Assembly: GCA_050575255.1 (NCBI GenBank)
Contig: JBNZDD010013566.1
Location: 1,296,353 to 1,360,352, forward strand
Reading direction: 5' to 3'
Length of the DNA stretch: 64,000 bases
DNA from: Harriotta raleighana
Taxonomy: Eukaryota
Positions 1 through 12,800 of the stretch are shown piece by piece. Numbering within the stretch: position 1 is the stretch's first letter; each line of letters begins with the position of its first letter. Position numbers and translations under genes: made by a program. The notes under the pieces are model-generated. The model saw only the letters and a list, made by a program, of their open reading frames with translations, did no database searches and had not been told where the DNA came from.

Positions 1-130
1 ATAGAATGTGACAGCATGGAAACAGGCAATTAAGTCTGTGCTGATGTTTCCTTTCACCTAATCTGAATCTACTCTCCTTATTGCTCTCCCATGCCCTGCA
101 ATTTCATACTCAAATATCTATCTATAGAAT
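1..130 (-). mobile_element. Old CR1-type LINE 3' end remnant (cut by window edge)
   Basis: Begins ATAGAATGTGACAGCATGGAAACAGGC, resembling the antisense CR1 3' terminus seen intact at 35183 (ATCATAGAATGTTATAGCACAGAAGGAGGCC); heavily diverged. Confidence 0.45.
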
Positions 131-212
131 TATGCATAATGTTAAAGTTTTTTTTAAGAATCATCAAACATTTCAGAATTTTTACAATTAGCATATGGGT
201 GGAATTATAGTA

Positions 213-630
213 CAGTAAAATCTTGGTTATCCGGCATCCTCAGGCTCTGACCGATGCCGTTTAATCAAATACGCCGGATATTCAAGCGGCAATTTGCAGA
301 AAATCCTACACAAAAAAATTACTTATTTTAAAACATACCATATCACAGTAATACTGCAATAGACAAAATAATAACAGAATATTGTATGGATACTTACCAA
401 TAAAGCATTCCAGCACACTCGGTAAAATGATTGGTAAAATAAAAATTCCAGCGTTTGTTAAGTTTCATAAATGCTCATGCATTGTACGCATGCGCAAAGT
501 GAGCATACTCGCGAGTGTCCTGGATGGCTCTGGTATGAGATCCGTTTGCTGGAATGGTGAATTGTATTGGGAGATATGGGTTGGTTGAGCGTTCCGGTTG
601 GTTGGGTGCCATATAAACAAGCTTTTACTG
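213..630. mobile_element. MITE family A (pogo/Tigger-like, non-autonomous), subtype A1
   Basis: TA|CAGTAAAATCTTGGTTATCCGGCATCC ... GGGTGCCATATAAACAAGCTTTTACTG|TA: imperfect ~27-bp TIRs with TA on both sides. The interior matches the reverse complement of copies at 21998 and 50226. Confidence 0.9.
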
Positions 631-1597
631 TATTACAATAGCATGAACTCAGACCCGGTTCTGAAAAGCATTGATTTAGAGTAATAGGGTTTTATGGACT
701 CCAACCACAACAGAGTATGCACTGAATCAATTCAGCAATTATCTTATTCCACTTGTAAGGAATATTTGGTTGCTTGTTGAAATATTTAATCTCTAAAATA
801 TCACAAATAAGGGAAAAATTATGCATTATCTATTATGGAAGTGGAATTGGCTGCAAATTTCACACACTGCGACTTGTTCCTTTTTATTTGTGCTGTAAAA
901 GCACCTGGATAAAGTTCATTTCCTGCGTAAACACTTGTAATGATTGGGACTGCAGAGTTTTGTTCATGTGGGATTTTCTCAGTTTATAATGCCTTTGGGT
1001 TTACTGGCAATGTCATAAGAATTCAGAACAAATACTGTCGCACTCTTAGAAGAGGAAAACCGATTTGTAGTCATACCTAGGAGCACATCTACAGTCAACA
1101 ATCAGAATAAAATTTACATTCATATAATGTATTCAAAAGTGGTTGTAGCATCTACAATGTTCCGGTGTTATGAAAGCAAATTGGATTATAAAGATGCTGT
1201 GTGTAATTTTAACTTGTTTCATCTGGACCTTGTATTTGATGTACTCTGGTAGTTTTATTTCTATTTCCACATAAAAATCCACTAATGTAAATCTTTGATT
1301 TGAAGTGATACTGAAAGAACAACACAATGCAGGAGTTGCTGCAATGAACAGTAATAATTTTGTGTATTGCATGCCCTGTGGTGAACATTCAATTTCCAAA
1401 TTCCAACTGCGTTTACATTTAAATGAGAAGTTAGTGAAACTGAGCAAGCGCATGAAAATTGAGTCGATCTCGAATAATTCCCATTTCCTATATATTGTTA
1501 TCTGTATGACCTATCAGTGGTACTCTGCTGGAATGCATCACATTCTTAACCAGCCCCAGATTTTAATGTTGGTTTGTTCTGAAAAACAAGTGTCCAA

Positions 1598-1970
1598 AAC
1601 AAACAAACAACAAAATTACCTTTATAAAGTGCCTTTTGTGTCGGGAGAAAAGGTCAGATCGGGACGGAGCAAGGGGGAACGGCAGGGAGAGAGGTTGGAG
1701 GGGAGGGAGAGATTTGGGAGGACAGCAAAAAGTACGATTGAAGAGGAGAGTCTTGAGACTAGCCTTGAAGGAGGCAAGGGAGGAAGCAAGGTAAAGGGAC
1801 TATGGGATAGAGTTCCAGAGTGTGGGGGCAGAGAGGCTCAGCCCTTCCACCGATGGTGGGGTGGGTCAGGCAAGGGACATGGAGCAGACTCCTGGGAGCC
1901 TGCTGAACGGAGTGGGTTGACAGGTTCATAGGGAGACAACAGCTCAGAGAGATAGAAGGGGCAAAGCCAA
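1598..1970 (-). mobile_element. L2-clade LINE 3' fragment
   Basis: AAC-rich tail followed by AAAATTACCTTTATAAAGTGCC, the reverse complement of the L2 tail at 30110-30147; the body is antisense to 29760-30060. Confidence 0.8.
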
Positions 1971-2289
1971 GAATAGTGTAGTTCTCTACAAGAGAAGAGG
2001 AGTGAATAGCTTAGATAACAACCAATATGTAAGGGATTTTGGATGGTAATGATACATAAGAGTGATTTTTATGCCGTGGTCACTTTGTTTTAGCAAAGGG
2101 TAGTGCAAAGCATTAAGGAACAATAAGGTGTCACCAAGACCCTTCTGATTGGGTCACGCCAGCATTTCTGCACCTTAGGCATTGGCAGAATCAGTATCAA
2201 TGGATGCATGTTCCACCTCACCAAGCCAGTCAGGAACCTACACATCTTGTTCGACCCTCAAGTGACCTTTCTCACCCATATCCATACCT

Positions 2290-2765
2290 TGACCCACTTT
2301 GCCTTCCTCATCTCCTAAATATTGCCAGGCTCACCATTGCCTCACCCCTCAGGCCACTGAAATCCTCAAAGTGCCTTCATTACATCTAGGCTTGACTATG
2401 CCAGCTCCCTGCTTGTCGGCCTTTCCAACTCTTCCCTCCACAAGTTGCAGATCAACCAGAACTATGCAGCTTGTATCCTCTCTCACACCAAATTCCGTGA
2501 TCCCATCACACCCAACCTTATCCAGCTCCATTGGCTCCCCACCCCTAGAGGAGCGAATTCAAAATCCTCATTAAAAATTCAAAATCCTCATCCTCACCAT
2601 CAAAGCCCACCCTTCCTACCTCTCCATCCAACCAAGCCCTTAACAACCCATCTGCTCAGCAGGCTATGGCTCCCCCAACTCCCGTCCTAATGACTCTGAC
2701 TGTTCAGCATCTTAAGACATCCTCCTGATGTGAAAGGCCCTTTACAAATGCCATTTTGTATTGTA
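2290..2765 (+). mobile_element. L2-clade LINE 3' fragment (ORF2 C-terminus remnant and tail)
   Basis: Frame-broken peptide LLNIARL..ITSRLDYASSLLVGL..LQINQNYAACILSHTKFRDPITPNLIQLHWLP, typical of the L2 ORF2 C-terminus; ends GACATCCTCCTGATGTGAAAGGCCCTTTACAAATG. Confidence 0.9.
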
Positions 2766-3000
2766 TCTCTTTTCTGAACACAACATTTCTATTTTTCCTC
2801 CTTTTGAAACAATGACTGTCCAGCGACCTCCTGATGTGAACAACAAACAACAACAAAATTACATTTATAGTGAAAGGTGCTAAATATTGTTGTTGTTTCA
2901 GTAGCTTTGTTTCAGTAACTTGTTTTCTCTATAGCTACTTAGTCCCCAACCTACACCTGTGCTCATGTTCTCTTCAAACATCCCCATCCAAATTGAATAA

Positions 3001-3388
3001 TCATCATCATTACATTTGATACAGCACCTTTCACATGAGGAGGTCTCCTCAAAGCACTTCACAGGATTTAATGTAATGTGTAGTTATTGCATATTTTGTA
3101 GGCGAATATGGCAACTAGTTTTTGCATAGCAATGACCCACAAATTGCCATGAACTTATTGACCAGTTTTACCTTGGGTACTGTCGGCTATGAAACTTCCG
3201 GTTTAAATTGTCCTGTAATCTTCTGGGTCCACCTGAGTGGGCAAATTGGACTTTGTTTTATCGTCTCATCTGAAAGACAGTGCACCCAGTGCTGCATTGA
3301 ACTCACATCTTGGGTAACATTCCAAAGTCCCTATGTGCGGCTTGAACCCACAACCTTCTGCTTCAGAGGTGAATTTGCTACCAACCTA
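3001..3388 (-). mobile_element. Ancient Deu-domain SINE (SacSINE1/AmnSINE1-like)
   Basis: Reverse strand reads GTTGGTAGC..CACCTCTGAAGCAGAAGGTTGTGGGTTCAAG (pol III head), then CTCAGGTGGACCCAGAAGATTAC (Deu core) and an L2-like tail. It is colinear with 44048-44435. Family name is from recall. Confidence 0.75.
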
Positions 3389-3611
3389 CTGTCACCAAGA
3401 TGAAAAGAAACATTGGATGCAGGTGAAAATTCCTCCATCTAACTGCTTAAGCTGATCATTGTGCGACAGCAAGCTGCAAATGAAAGATTTCTCTTGAAGT
3501 TATCAGAATGCATGGCACTGCATAATTTGTTGCATTCTTGGTTTAGTTGCGTCAACATTGGATGGATTCAATATCCATTCTGCTCCACAAACAGGTACAG
3601 ACCCTTATCTT

Positions 3612-3890
3612 TCTCACCTCTCAAGCGAGAAACCTGGGTTCAAATCCCAGCAGTGCAAAACGTTGGGCCAGTTTCCTTACTCCACGTGCCTCTATTTACC
3701 TAGCAGTAATTAAGAACCTGGTTGTTAATTGATTGGCAGATTCCATTTCCAGGTGTAGTAATTCCTTCAAAAAGATAATAATAATAAATTGGTAACTCTG
3801 TTTGTTGGACGTTGCTGTGTGCAATTGGCCACTGTGTTTCGACCACAAAATATACAGTCAATTCATTTTACGGTGTATTCTATGAAGTGC
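3612..3890 (+). mobile_element. tRNA-derived SINE, older/longer variant, truncated at both ends
   Basis: B-box GGTTCAAATCC, GTTTCCTTACTCCAC and ATATACAGTCAATTCATTTTAC are shared with the copies at 27547 and 42838; it has an extra ~70-bp internal segment beginning GCCTCTATTTACCTAGCAGTAA. Confidence 0.85.
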
Positions 3891-4636
3891 TCACTCAGTG
3901 GAAGGAGTGAGCCGGTGTCTCTGTGGTACAAAGTGCTGGAATTTGGGTTGTAGTGCAGAAAACTGAAAGCAATGTTTGGTCATGATGAAAACCACCATCA
4001 AGGGACCTGAACATCAAGGGGGAAGGCCTGCCATCAGACTGCTGTTCTGAGTTACCCCCAGCGAAACTCAGGACTGTTGGGAGGCACTCAACTGGTACTT
4101 TCTGTGGCCTCTTGTGACACTTTCCTATGCCCGTTCAGGGAGGTGCACCCACTGTTTTATAGACTCTGGTCTAGAGCTTTCCAATCTAAAATCTCAAGAG
4201 TATCTTGCAAAGTAGTTTATTTGTGGTAGCTTCCAATTCATCGCTTCATTTTAATCCTTATTTACAACACAACTATAACTCTGTTTCTACTACGTGAGAT
4301 TTTTCTCCTCCTCCCCAATTGATCTAATTTCAAAGTTGGTAAGCGTGTTTATATAACAATTCTGCTTGGCAGAAAACAAGATTAGTTTAGAATCCCTTCT
4401 AAAAATATTCATTTTCTGTCTCAAATTTGTTACAATTTTTAGAGTATAAAATTAGATTTTCATTACTATTTAATCCTCTGGCTAGTGAGTAGTACTATGA
4501 CACAGCATGTAGTGGTTGTGGGTTTGCTCATAATCTGTTGTGATCTGTTTTGTTGCCATGGGAGACACTTAGCAGAGTTCAGGTGTTTTCCCAAAGGGAA
4601 GAGGGGAATATCTTGCAGTTTGAGCCGTAGAAAAGC

Positions 4637-4988
4637 ATCATAATAATAATCAATGCATTTGATATAGAGCTTTATCACGTCTTCTAGACATTTCAAAGTG
4701 CTTAATGGATTATACTGTGAAGTGCATTTACTGTGTATTTTGTGGGCGAAATGTGACTGCCAATTGTGCACAATAGTATCCCATAAACAATCGTGGATTG
4801 AGCATCCACCCAATTTTTTTGAAGGGATCTTTAGCCCAGAAAAACGATCTGCCGATCAACTAAAAAATGTGTTCCTACTTACTGCTAGACAAACACAGTG
4901 TGTAGGGTATGGAAACTTGCCCAACTTTTCGTCCTGCCCTTGAATCGAACCAAGGTCCTCTCACTTGCGAGGTGAGTGCTATAGTCCA
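4637..4988 (-). mobile_element. tRNA-derived SINE
   Basis: (TAA)n CAATGCATTTGATATAG tail and GAATCGAACC (reverse B-box); antisense to the 42838 copy. Confidence 0.85.
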
Positions 4989-6664
4989 TAACCTGGGACT
5001 AAATTTTTAAATATTCTTTGGCTGATCGCAGATAGATTTATGTTGGAGGATACACAACACTTGGGAATATTCGGTGACTGAATCGTATTTCTATTTTTTG
5101 TTGATGTAACATCTATTTTGAATTTAAAAAAATTCCCTGACAACCTTGGACCTTTGCCTTCAGCAAGTTGCTAAACTGTGATCGGTGCTTTTGCTGAATC
5201 AAGTTTGGTTTAATTAAATTTTTGTGGTGTGGTTCTGAAGTAGTTTCACAAGAGTGCTTAAATCAGATGCACCAACTGAAATTTCCTCTCCCAAATCCAA
5301 GCAAGGAATTGCAATTAAAATCTTCCTAGGTAGTACTAGCTTCGCTTTTCTTGCTGAGGTATGCGATTAGATTAGGTATCTCTAAATGAATTCTGCATTA
5401 GTTCCATGGCTTTAGATTAATACTGTTATCTTTTAATTTAAGAGAAGTTCCCCAAGGGCTTTGGTACTAACATTTTAGTGGTAAATGACTGACCCTGGTG
5501 TTGAGCCAATGATATGCTTTGGTTTTGCCAACCAGGACATCCGATTCTGTTCCTTGCATCAAGCCAATTACAGTCATATTTTAAATGTAGGCAATTTTAG
5601 CCAACGGCTCAATTTTAATTTCCAGAAATGTAATTGTTTTGTTGGTCAATGTTTTTGTTCACATCAACCTTTTGATGTGTTTTTAACCTTTTAAGTGCTC
5701 TGAGACGCCGTCCAGGGTGGAGAGTGCTATATAAATCAAAGTAGTTGTTGTTTTGTCTCTTGCAGATTTACAAATGTACTTTCCCCATCTTCCCTCCACA
5801 TGCAAATCCTTCAAATCTAACATGTTATTTGTCAATTTATTCAGAAAGTTGGACAACATATTAGTGGAAATTCCATTTGGTAATTGATGTTTTGTTCACT
5901 ACAATGTCTTTTGACATGTTTCAGTTTGCCTGGCTCTAACCTGTTTTTTGTCCCACATCACTATCTGATTGAAATGATCTGAGAGCACAACTTGTCTTGT
6001 TCCAATAGCACTTGGCTCAAAATCGGACAAAAGTACTGAAAGTAATCCCCAGTAAAAAAAAATGATTAGTTAAACCTCAATTTATTTAAGGATCAATTCA
6101 GCACCATAAATATTAGAAGCACAGTGATATGTGATGCTTCAGCAATCACATGGCTTATTTACAGATGTTTGGCTCTAAATTCTCACTGCAGTTAGTGCAC
6201 TTTGAATAAATTGGAGTGAACTACTGTGCAAATGTAACTGTGCATGAAGGTAGCTGCAGTCATTGTTTTGGAACATTCTGCTGTCCTTAAGCATATCTGT
6301 ATTTGCCTTTGCAGCTGGCAGATTTTAGAGCTGATGTTCAACTATTACTCTGGCCCATTCTGTATTGCATGTAGTGCTTTTCTTTAATGAAACCACAATT
6401 GACAGGGTTCTTTGTTTGTTGTTCAGCGAAAATGCATTTTTAATATACAATTGGATTGCTGACTGTTAGATCTCCTGCTGATAGTTAGTTGGCAATTCTG
6501 GAAACACAATTTGAAGGTGGTAGACAAGGTGTGTTTTATCATTTTGTTTGTAATACGGTTTTGTAAAGCTGCGGGAATCCAAAGTAGTACAATAGAAACT
6601 ATCAGGGGTGTAATGAAAAATCTTTAATTATGCAAATCTTTTCTCTTTTTAATTATCTGTCATC

Positions 6665-7192
6665 TCTGCAGCTTTTCAGAATACTGCAGCTCTTATCCTC
6701 TCCCATACCAGGCTCCATGACCCCANTTATTTTTTTATTTTATTTATTTATTTATTTATTGTAAATAAATATCACCCCCACCCTCACTTGGTTCCCCTTT
6801 CCCCAGGGGGTAGAGTTCAAAATCCTTGTCCTCGCTTTCAAAGTCCTCCATGGCCTTGCTGCTTTCTACCTCTGTGACCTGGTAACCCTATATCCTGCCT
6901 GTTCCATGTCCCCTATTTGATCAGGCCAGGTGGGGGACAGAGAGGCTTTGGCCTCTCTGCCTCTTTGGAACTCCATCAAACATTCACTTTGTCTCGCTCC
7001 CTCCCTTATTTCCTTTAACGCACATCTCCAGAATTCTCTTCTTCAACCACACCAGCCTCCCTGCCCTCCGCCCTCCCTACTCTCCACCCTTACTGATTAC
7101 AATCCCTTACTTGGGTCCAAATTCCTAATTGTCCAGTGCCTTGTAACGTCGGCTCGATGTTGAAAGCACTATACAAATGTAATTTTGTATTA
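6665..7192 (+). mobile_element. L2-clade LINE 3' fragment
   Basis: CAGAATACTGCAGCTC..GAGTTCAAAATCCTTGTCCTC..AAAGCACTATACAAATGTAATTTTG, colinear with 29630-30147; interrupted by an n and a (TTTA)n run at 6726-6760. Confidence 0.85.
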
Positions 7193-7272
7193 TATCTGTA
7201 GCAGCTTGTAGCAACCAATGGGTGGGGAAGGTAGCAATGGAACTTATTCATCAGAGTGAATTCATTGATATA

Positions 7273-7530
7273 CAGTAAAAGTCCGATAATCCGGCACGGT
7301 CGGAACCTAGGCAGTGCCGGATTATCGGATATGCTGGATTAGTTACTTTTAGGGATGGGAGGATTTGAGTGTGCTGTCACAGCACACTCAAATCCTCCTA
7401 TTACTGTGCTCTTATCTATGTTACATACCTGTATAGCGAAACCCAGAGCTCTCCCCCATTTTTTAGCCGGGAAACCATTTAACCGCTATTGGCCAGGTCC
7501 CATGGGTGCCTGATAAACAGGGTTTTACTG
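7273..7530. mobile_element. MITE family A, short copy with two internal perfect hairpins
   Basis: TA|CAGTAAAAGTCCGATAATCCGGCAC ... GGGTGCCTGATAAACAGGGTTTTACTG|TA. Confidence 0.9.
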
Positions 7531-8729
7531 TATTTTCTTTACCAGATACCGACATGTGAATCGCCCAGGAATAGCTGATTTTCACTCTGAGGTCATTTTT
7601 AGTGTCCTAACTACAGCATTGATTAACATCAGCTGACTCAACTCAGACAAGGTTTGAACTTGTAACTTTTACCTAAAGGCATTCAGGAAGTGTATTTTAA
7701 AGCTTTGTAAATACTGTTGTCTATTAATCTCTGGAAGTTGGTTCAATCCAACCCCAATTGATGAGAATGTTTCTCTCTTAGAGGGTATTTCAGGACAGTC
7801 CATAATAGACACAAGTCTGCTGCAGCAGCTGCTCATCATTCAACACCAATGAGCAATCTCTCACAAGGATTTCTGGTGCAGAAAGGATTATATTGGTAAG
7901 GAGGAGTTCTGTAGGGTTGCTTTAAGGCAAGTGGTAGAGAAGAGTTGAGGGAACTTCATTCTTCATGGGATTGAAGTCCAAGAAACTGGCAGTATATATT
8001 TTGGACCTTCTGCAAATGAATATTATAGTACATGAGGAGGTGCTAGTTTTCTTTATTCAGTTTTTGATTTTAGAAAAATGTGTTTGAGAGAATGGAGTTT
8101 ATTCACAAATAACTTCTTAATTTTTTTTGTATGGAAATACCTAGCTTCGGCTTTTTGTACAGTGATCATGATGTGAAAATTCTGTTGGGTATGGATTATA
8201 CTATCCAAACCCTTCCTGGAAGCCTCACTTGCATACCAATGATAATTGCATTGATCCGTGAATTCATTAACAATCAGTTAATTCAAGAAAGTTTCCTGTG
8301 CTGAAGCAACTAATGTTATAGTATTCGTGTGTATGTGCTCTCTTTTTCAAATGATAGTTACTGAACTAATGAAAAATTGTGCAGATAAGTTTTATGTCTA
8401 GTATGCTTATAAAAGGTTTAAATCCTGCTGAGTGAAATAATTGGTATGCTTAAATCACCATGAATAAACCACTCCACTATATGAAAACACTTTTTTTTTA
8501 AACTTACTGAGGATGTTGGCCCATGATTGAAAGATCTTGTTCTTTTACTTGCAACACAATTGTTCTGTGTTAAAATCCCAATTAGCTTCCAATTTGTAAC
8601 ATATCTTGTGAAAGAATAATTAAGTATTGTTTCCCTTGAAAAGAGTCAAATAAGGCGTGCTTTGAAGTTGAGATGCTTTGCAGCCTTCAAGCCACACAAA
8701 AAATATAGAATTGGACTACTGAGTGTGTA

Positions 8730-8805
8730 TTTCCTGTGAAAAGGAGAAGGCTCAGAGAACATCTTATTTGTGTATTCAAAATGCTAAAGGATATTGATGA
8801 ATGGA
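8730..8805 (+). mobile_element. CR1 ORF2 C-terminal sliver
   Basis: AAAAGGAGAAGGCTCAGAGAACATCTTATTTGTGTATTCAAAATGCTAAAGG translates KRRRLREHLICVFKMLK, similar to RRLRGDLEEVFKIMKG in the 35183 CR1. Confidence 0.6.
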
Positions 8806-8947
8806 ATCCTAATAATATATTATTATTAGAAGGAATTTGGTGAGAGTGGGAATTAGATGCAGAGGTGGAAGTAGGTGCTAGGTGGTACATCTTCCAACAA
8901 TATTATTACAGGGAAAGGGGTAGTGAGAGGAGAGAAAGGTCTGGCAG

Positions 8948-9450
8948 GTGATGTGTGAGGAATGTGGCATATGGGAGTTAATAGAGGGCAACCTAAGTCC
9001 AGGTGATTTTATCTGCAGCATTAGGGATGGGGAGAGCTTCCTGGACAGCTTCATCCTGGAGCCAGACACTCCCCTGAGTCCCAAGGAAGAAAGATATAGC
9101 AGCCACAGACATGACTGGGTGACAGTCAGACGGGAAGGTAAGGGTTCCCGAAAGAGAGGGGCAGAGGAACCCCAAACTTTAGCCTTGTCTGACAGGTATG
9201 AAATACTGGCAACCTGTGTGGACAAGGAAATCTGCAAGGAAGATGGGCAAACTGACCCAACACCTCTATGCAGGAGGCCACACAAAAGAGAATAGTTAAA
9301 AAAGTTAAAAATGTAATTGTAATTGGGGATGAGACAGTCAGGAGAATTGATGCACTTTTCTGTAGCCATAGTAGGGAAACAAGAAGACTCTGTTGTCTTC
9401 CTGGGGCCAGCGTGAAGGATGGCGGAGGCAAATGGTATTGGAATGTTCAA
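8948..9450 (+). mobile_element. CR1 LINE ORF1 remnant (zinc-finger-like N-terminus plus SGNH esterase-like block), decayed
   Basis: ORF-track peptides MCEECGIWELIEG..FICS..ESFLDS..WVTVRR..LSDRYEILAT and VIVIGDETVRRIDALFC..RRLCCLPGASVKD match the CR1 ORF1 pattern (CxxC..W; V(I/V)GDS..R; CCLPGA.V.D). It is frameshifted and internally deleted. Confidence 0.8.
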
Positions 9451-9569
9451 GAAAGAATTAGACAGCAGTTTTGTGAAGAAGTTGATTGAGTAATATGAGA
9501 GAAAATGTAGTGCATGAATTTTTTTAACACATGAATTGGTGGAGCAAACTCAGCAGATTTAATTTCAAA

Positions 9570-9870
9570 CTGTGGTCATTTGCCATGAATCAGAAGTCAT
9601 TGTGCTTGCTGAATAGACATGCTTTCAGGTCAACATTTCCATTGGAGGACTCGTTTTCTAAGATGAGCCTTAAACAAAGGCGTTAGTGGAAGATAAACAG
9701 AAAATTGTGCAAATCCACAGTAGGTTAATCAGTTTTTGAAAGAAAAAAATGCACTGCCATTCTGGGACGAACCCTTCTTTAGAAACCTTTTGTCAATGGC
9801 AACTTTCTATTTTAATCTGTAATGGATTTCTTGCATTTTGTTTTATATTTCCAGCATTTGGAGTTTTTCA
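9570..9870 (+). repeat. Decayed Deu-SINE 5' piece followed by a degenerate fold-back repeat (Penelope-associated type, by recall)
   Basis: GAATCAGAAGTCATTGTG..GTTTTCTAAGATGAGCCTTAAAC resembles the Deu SINE head; AAACAGAAAATTGTGCAAATCC..GGATTTCTTGCATTTTGTTTTATATTTCCAGCA forms weak inverted arms. Confidence 0.4.
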
Positions 9871-12800
9871 ATTTATCTGAACATTAAAACAATGTGGATT
9901 TAGGAGTGCAAGAATAATGAGACTGGAATGGTTACCTAATGTTGTGAATCGCCCACTTTCAGTTTTACCATTGTTGTAATCCATTCGTCTCATTTTAAAG
10001 TTTTCTGCTTCATTGATGACTAGAGACCCCAAACCTATATCTTGTTACTTGAGGGTAAACAGATCAAACATTTGAGTGGGTTAGTGCATAATAAAGAAGT
10101 TTTCTGTTTTTTTAAAGATTAACCTGAGCATGCTGACATCAGCCCAATAAATATCTTTTCAAAATGTATCTCAGCCCCATTCTTGGGCATGCACGGCAAT
10201 TATGCCAATTGAAAACATGGGTATTTGGACTTCTTAAATAAACCTGGATGCTGCTAACTATACCACTATATCAGCAACAAGAACTTGCTTTATATAGTTC
10301 TTATCATGCCTTTGACAATAGTAAGCCAAACATTAAGTCGATTAGCTTGTCCTTCAGTTTATTTTCTACCCAGTAACTTCTCCTGATGTCCCAGTTAAGA
10401 TTTGTATGTTTTGCTCTGCTGCTTACTCTAATTTATAAAACCAAAATATTCTAGTTTGTCAATTCTACAAATGATAATACATGGTTACATGCTTAATAAA
10501 TATTGATAGAACATTCAAAGGATTGTCACAGAATAAAGAAAGAATCAGGTTTGATTCTCATCCAATTTTGTTTACAATCTGAGCAGCAAGTATTTACGCA
10601 AGTGCTGGGTAGAAGATGCAGTGGCTCCCAACAGGAGATGGAAAATTATATCACCTGAGAAATTTCCTGCTGGCCTACTACAAGGGACAATGATGATTGT
10701 CTAGGTGGTAGCTTTACATTATTCCTTCACTTCAAACATCCAGTCAGGCAGTCAAAAACAAGAAGATTAAAAAGGTAACTTAATCCAAATAACTTCAAAA
10801 GGGATTTACTCCAAATGGATTCAACAACCAAGATTGTTTTTTTTGGTAAAAAAAAACATTTATGTACCAATTTCACTTTGCATTACATCGGCAACACTCA
10901 CCTACTGCTCAGTCAAATTACACCAAATCTCGACATTCAGTTTAGCCACAGTGATTGATAGTTTCGAAAAATGTTCTTCATTCAGATCTAGCAAAAAGCA
11001 GTAATACTGGCCATCATTAGGAGGGAAGTAGGCTCATATCAAATGTTCTGTGTGATTCTATCTCCTGGATTTGTGTCTTAGAAATCATCTACTGTACATC
11101 CCATTGCTTAGGCAAGGCATCAATAATAATTATTTCACATGAGTATATTTGAGCATGAGCATAACCTTCTCATTGAGAATTAGTCAGCAGTCATGTACTC
11201 TTTCCTCTCTTGACCATCGAATGTTCTCACCGTGCCAATCTTACCACGCCTTACACTCTTGGCAAAATGCCAGAAATCTGTAGGGAATTTTCTATGCTGA
11301 ATATATATCTAGTTCAGCAAATGTTAAAGTGAATCTTGCATAAGTGACAGTCCTGCCCTTCATTAATGATGGAAGCAATAAGACCAGCAAAATGTTCAAT
11401 CTAGTTTAATGGTCTGCCTACTAAATGATTTTACAATTTTCATACTCTAGGAAAAAAAATCTATATACTGTACTGTAGTACAATTGTCATGTTTGCTTCT
11501 GAGGTCAAATAACAAAAGGGAATTAGGGGATTTTTTTTTCTCTCCATCTATGACTATGAGATAAGCGAAGTTGTACTATCATTTATTTCCTACAGTGCCT
11601 GTTAATTCTCTTGAAAACAGCATACAGATCGAGTGAACATTGAAACATTCAAATTGCTTGGATACATATTCTGTTAAGTAGCATCATTTACATAGTAACT
11701 TTAAACAGCCAAAATTAGAATTGTGAGCATCTCTATTAAATATTTTCTTTCCTGTCTGTCCCTTTGTCTTTTTACATCAGTGTCAATCAACAGCTACTGT
11801 TTGCATCTTCCATGTAAATTAATCTGCTGTCTGGACTCTTGAGAACTGTTACCATTATTACTGAATGTTGCCACAAGACATATCACTGTATGCAAGTTGC
11901 TCTATATAAAAGCATCATATTTGTTCCCGTATTTTACTGAAAGTGACCTACCAGAACACGTTGAATTCTGTCAGTGGCAAGTAAACGTGTCCATCTGAAG
12001 TGAGTTTTTATTGTTCAGTAAATACTCTTTGGATGTGCATTAATGTAGGGAATAGAAAGAACTGACATACAGGCTAAGACAAATTTGCAAATGAAAAATA
12101 TGGGTTCACTTGCTATATTTTCAAAATGTTAGCAGTTCAACAGTTAGGAAATCACATTGCACATCCTTTTGTTTCAATGTTTTACTGATATTATTCACAG
12201 TCAAAATGGGATAGGCTTTAATTTTGATCTTGAAGTGTGTATAAGCATTTTGGTTTAATTTTTAATGATTAGTACTGAGTTAGATCAACCAGTCTTACAG
12301 CTGATGGCATTCTATTTGGAATACATTTAAGATCATTAAGGACTTAATCATTTTACGGAGTTTAATTTTGAATCCTGCCACAAAGTAAATCCATGTTGGA
12401 ACTTAGCACTGATGCTAATAGAAGCAAACTTTGTCCAGCAGTGATTATTTTGATAAGAGCCTGGAAGCCATTTACCATTAAAATAAGCTTTATTGTTAAT
12501 ATTGATTTTTGAAACTATTTATTGCATGCCATCTGGATCATTTACAAGTCAATTTAATTAAAGTGTTTGTTATTTCCACAAGCCCTGTAGCTCATGAAGG
12601 AGTATGGGACTATCTATGGATCTAGCTTCTAGAACAGCTATTTGGATCTATACAAATCTTAACAAGTGGCAGTTAGAGCAATCATGTTTTTTTAAGTAAA
12701 TTTGTAATACATATAGATTATATGTCTCAATAACAATGTTAAACAGGGTGTAATGTTTATTTAAATATTCCCTATATTATAATCCTTACAAGATTATGAA

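Noticed and set aside
1305-1931. 208-aa ORF, one of the longest in the track
   Set aside because: The C-terminal half is an antisense read of an L2 3' fragment; the N-terminal half shows no recognisable domain.
3900-4215. More GC-balanced stretch faintly resembling a Tx1/L1-type ORF2 C-terminus
   Set aside because: Similarity too weak to support without alignment; no continuous frame.
10600-11000. Stretch that looked like decayed coding sequence
   Set aside because: The plus-strand frames I translated hit stops quickly and showed no recognisable motif.
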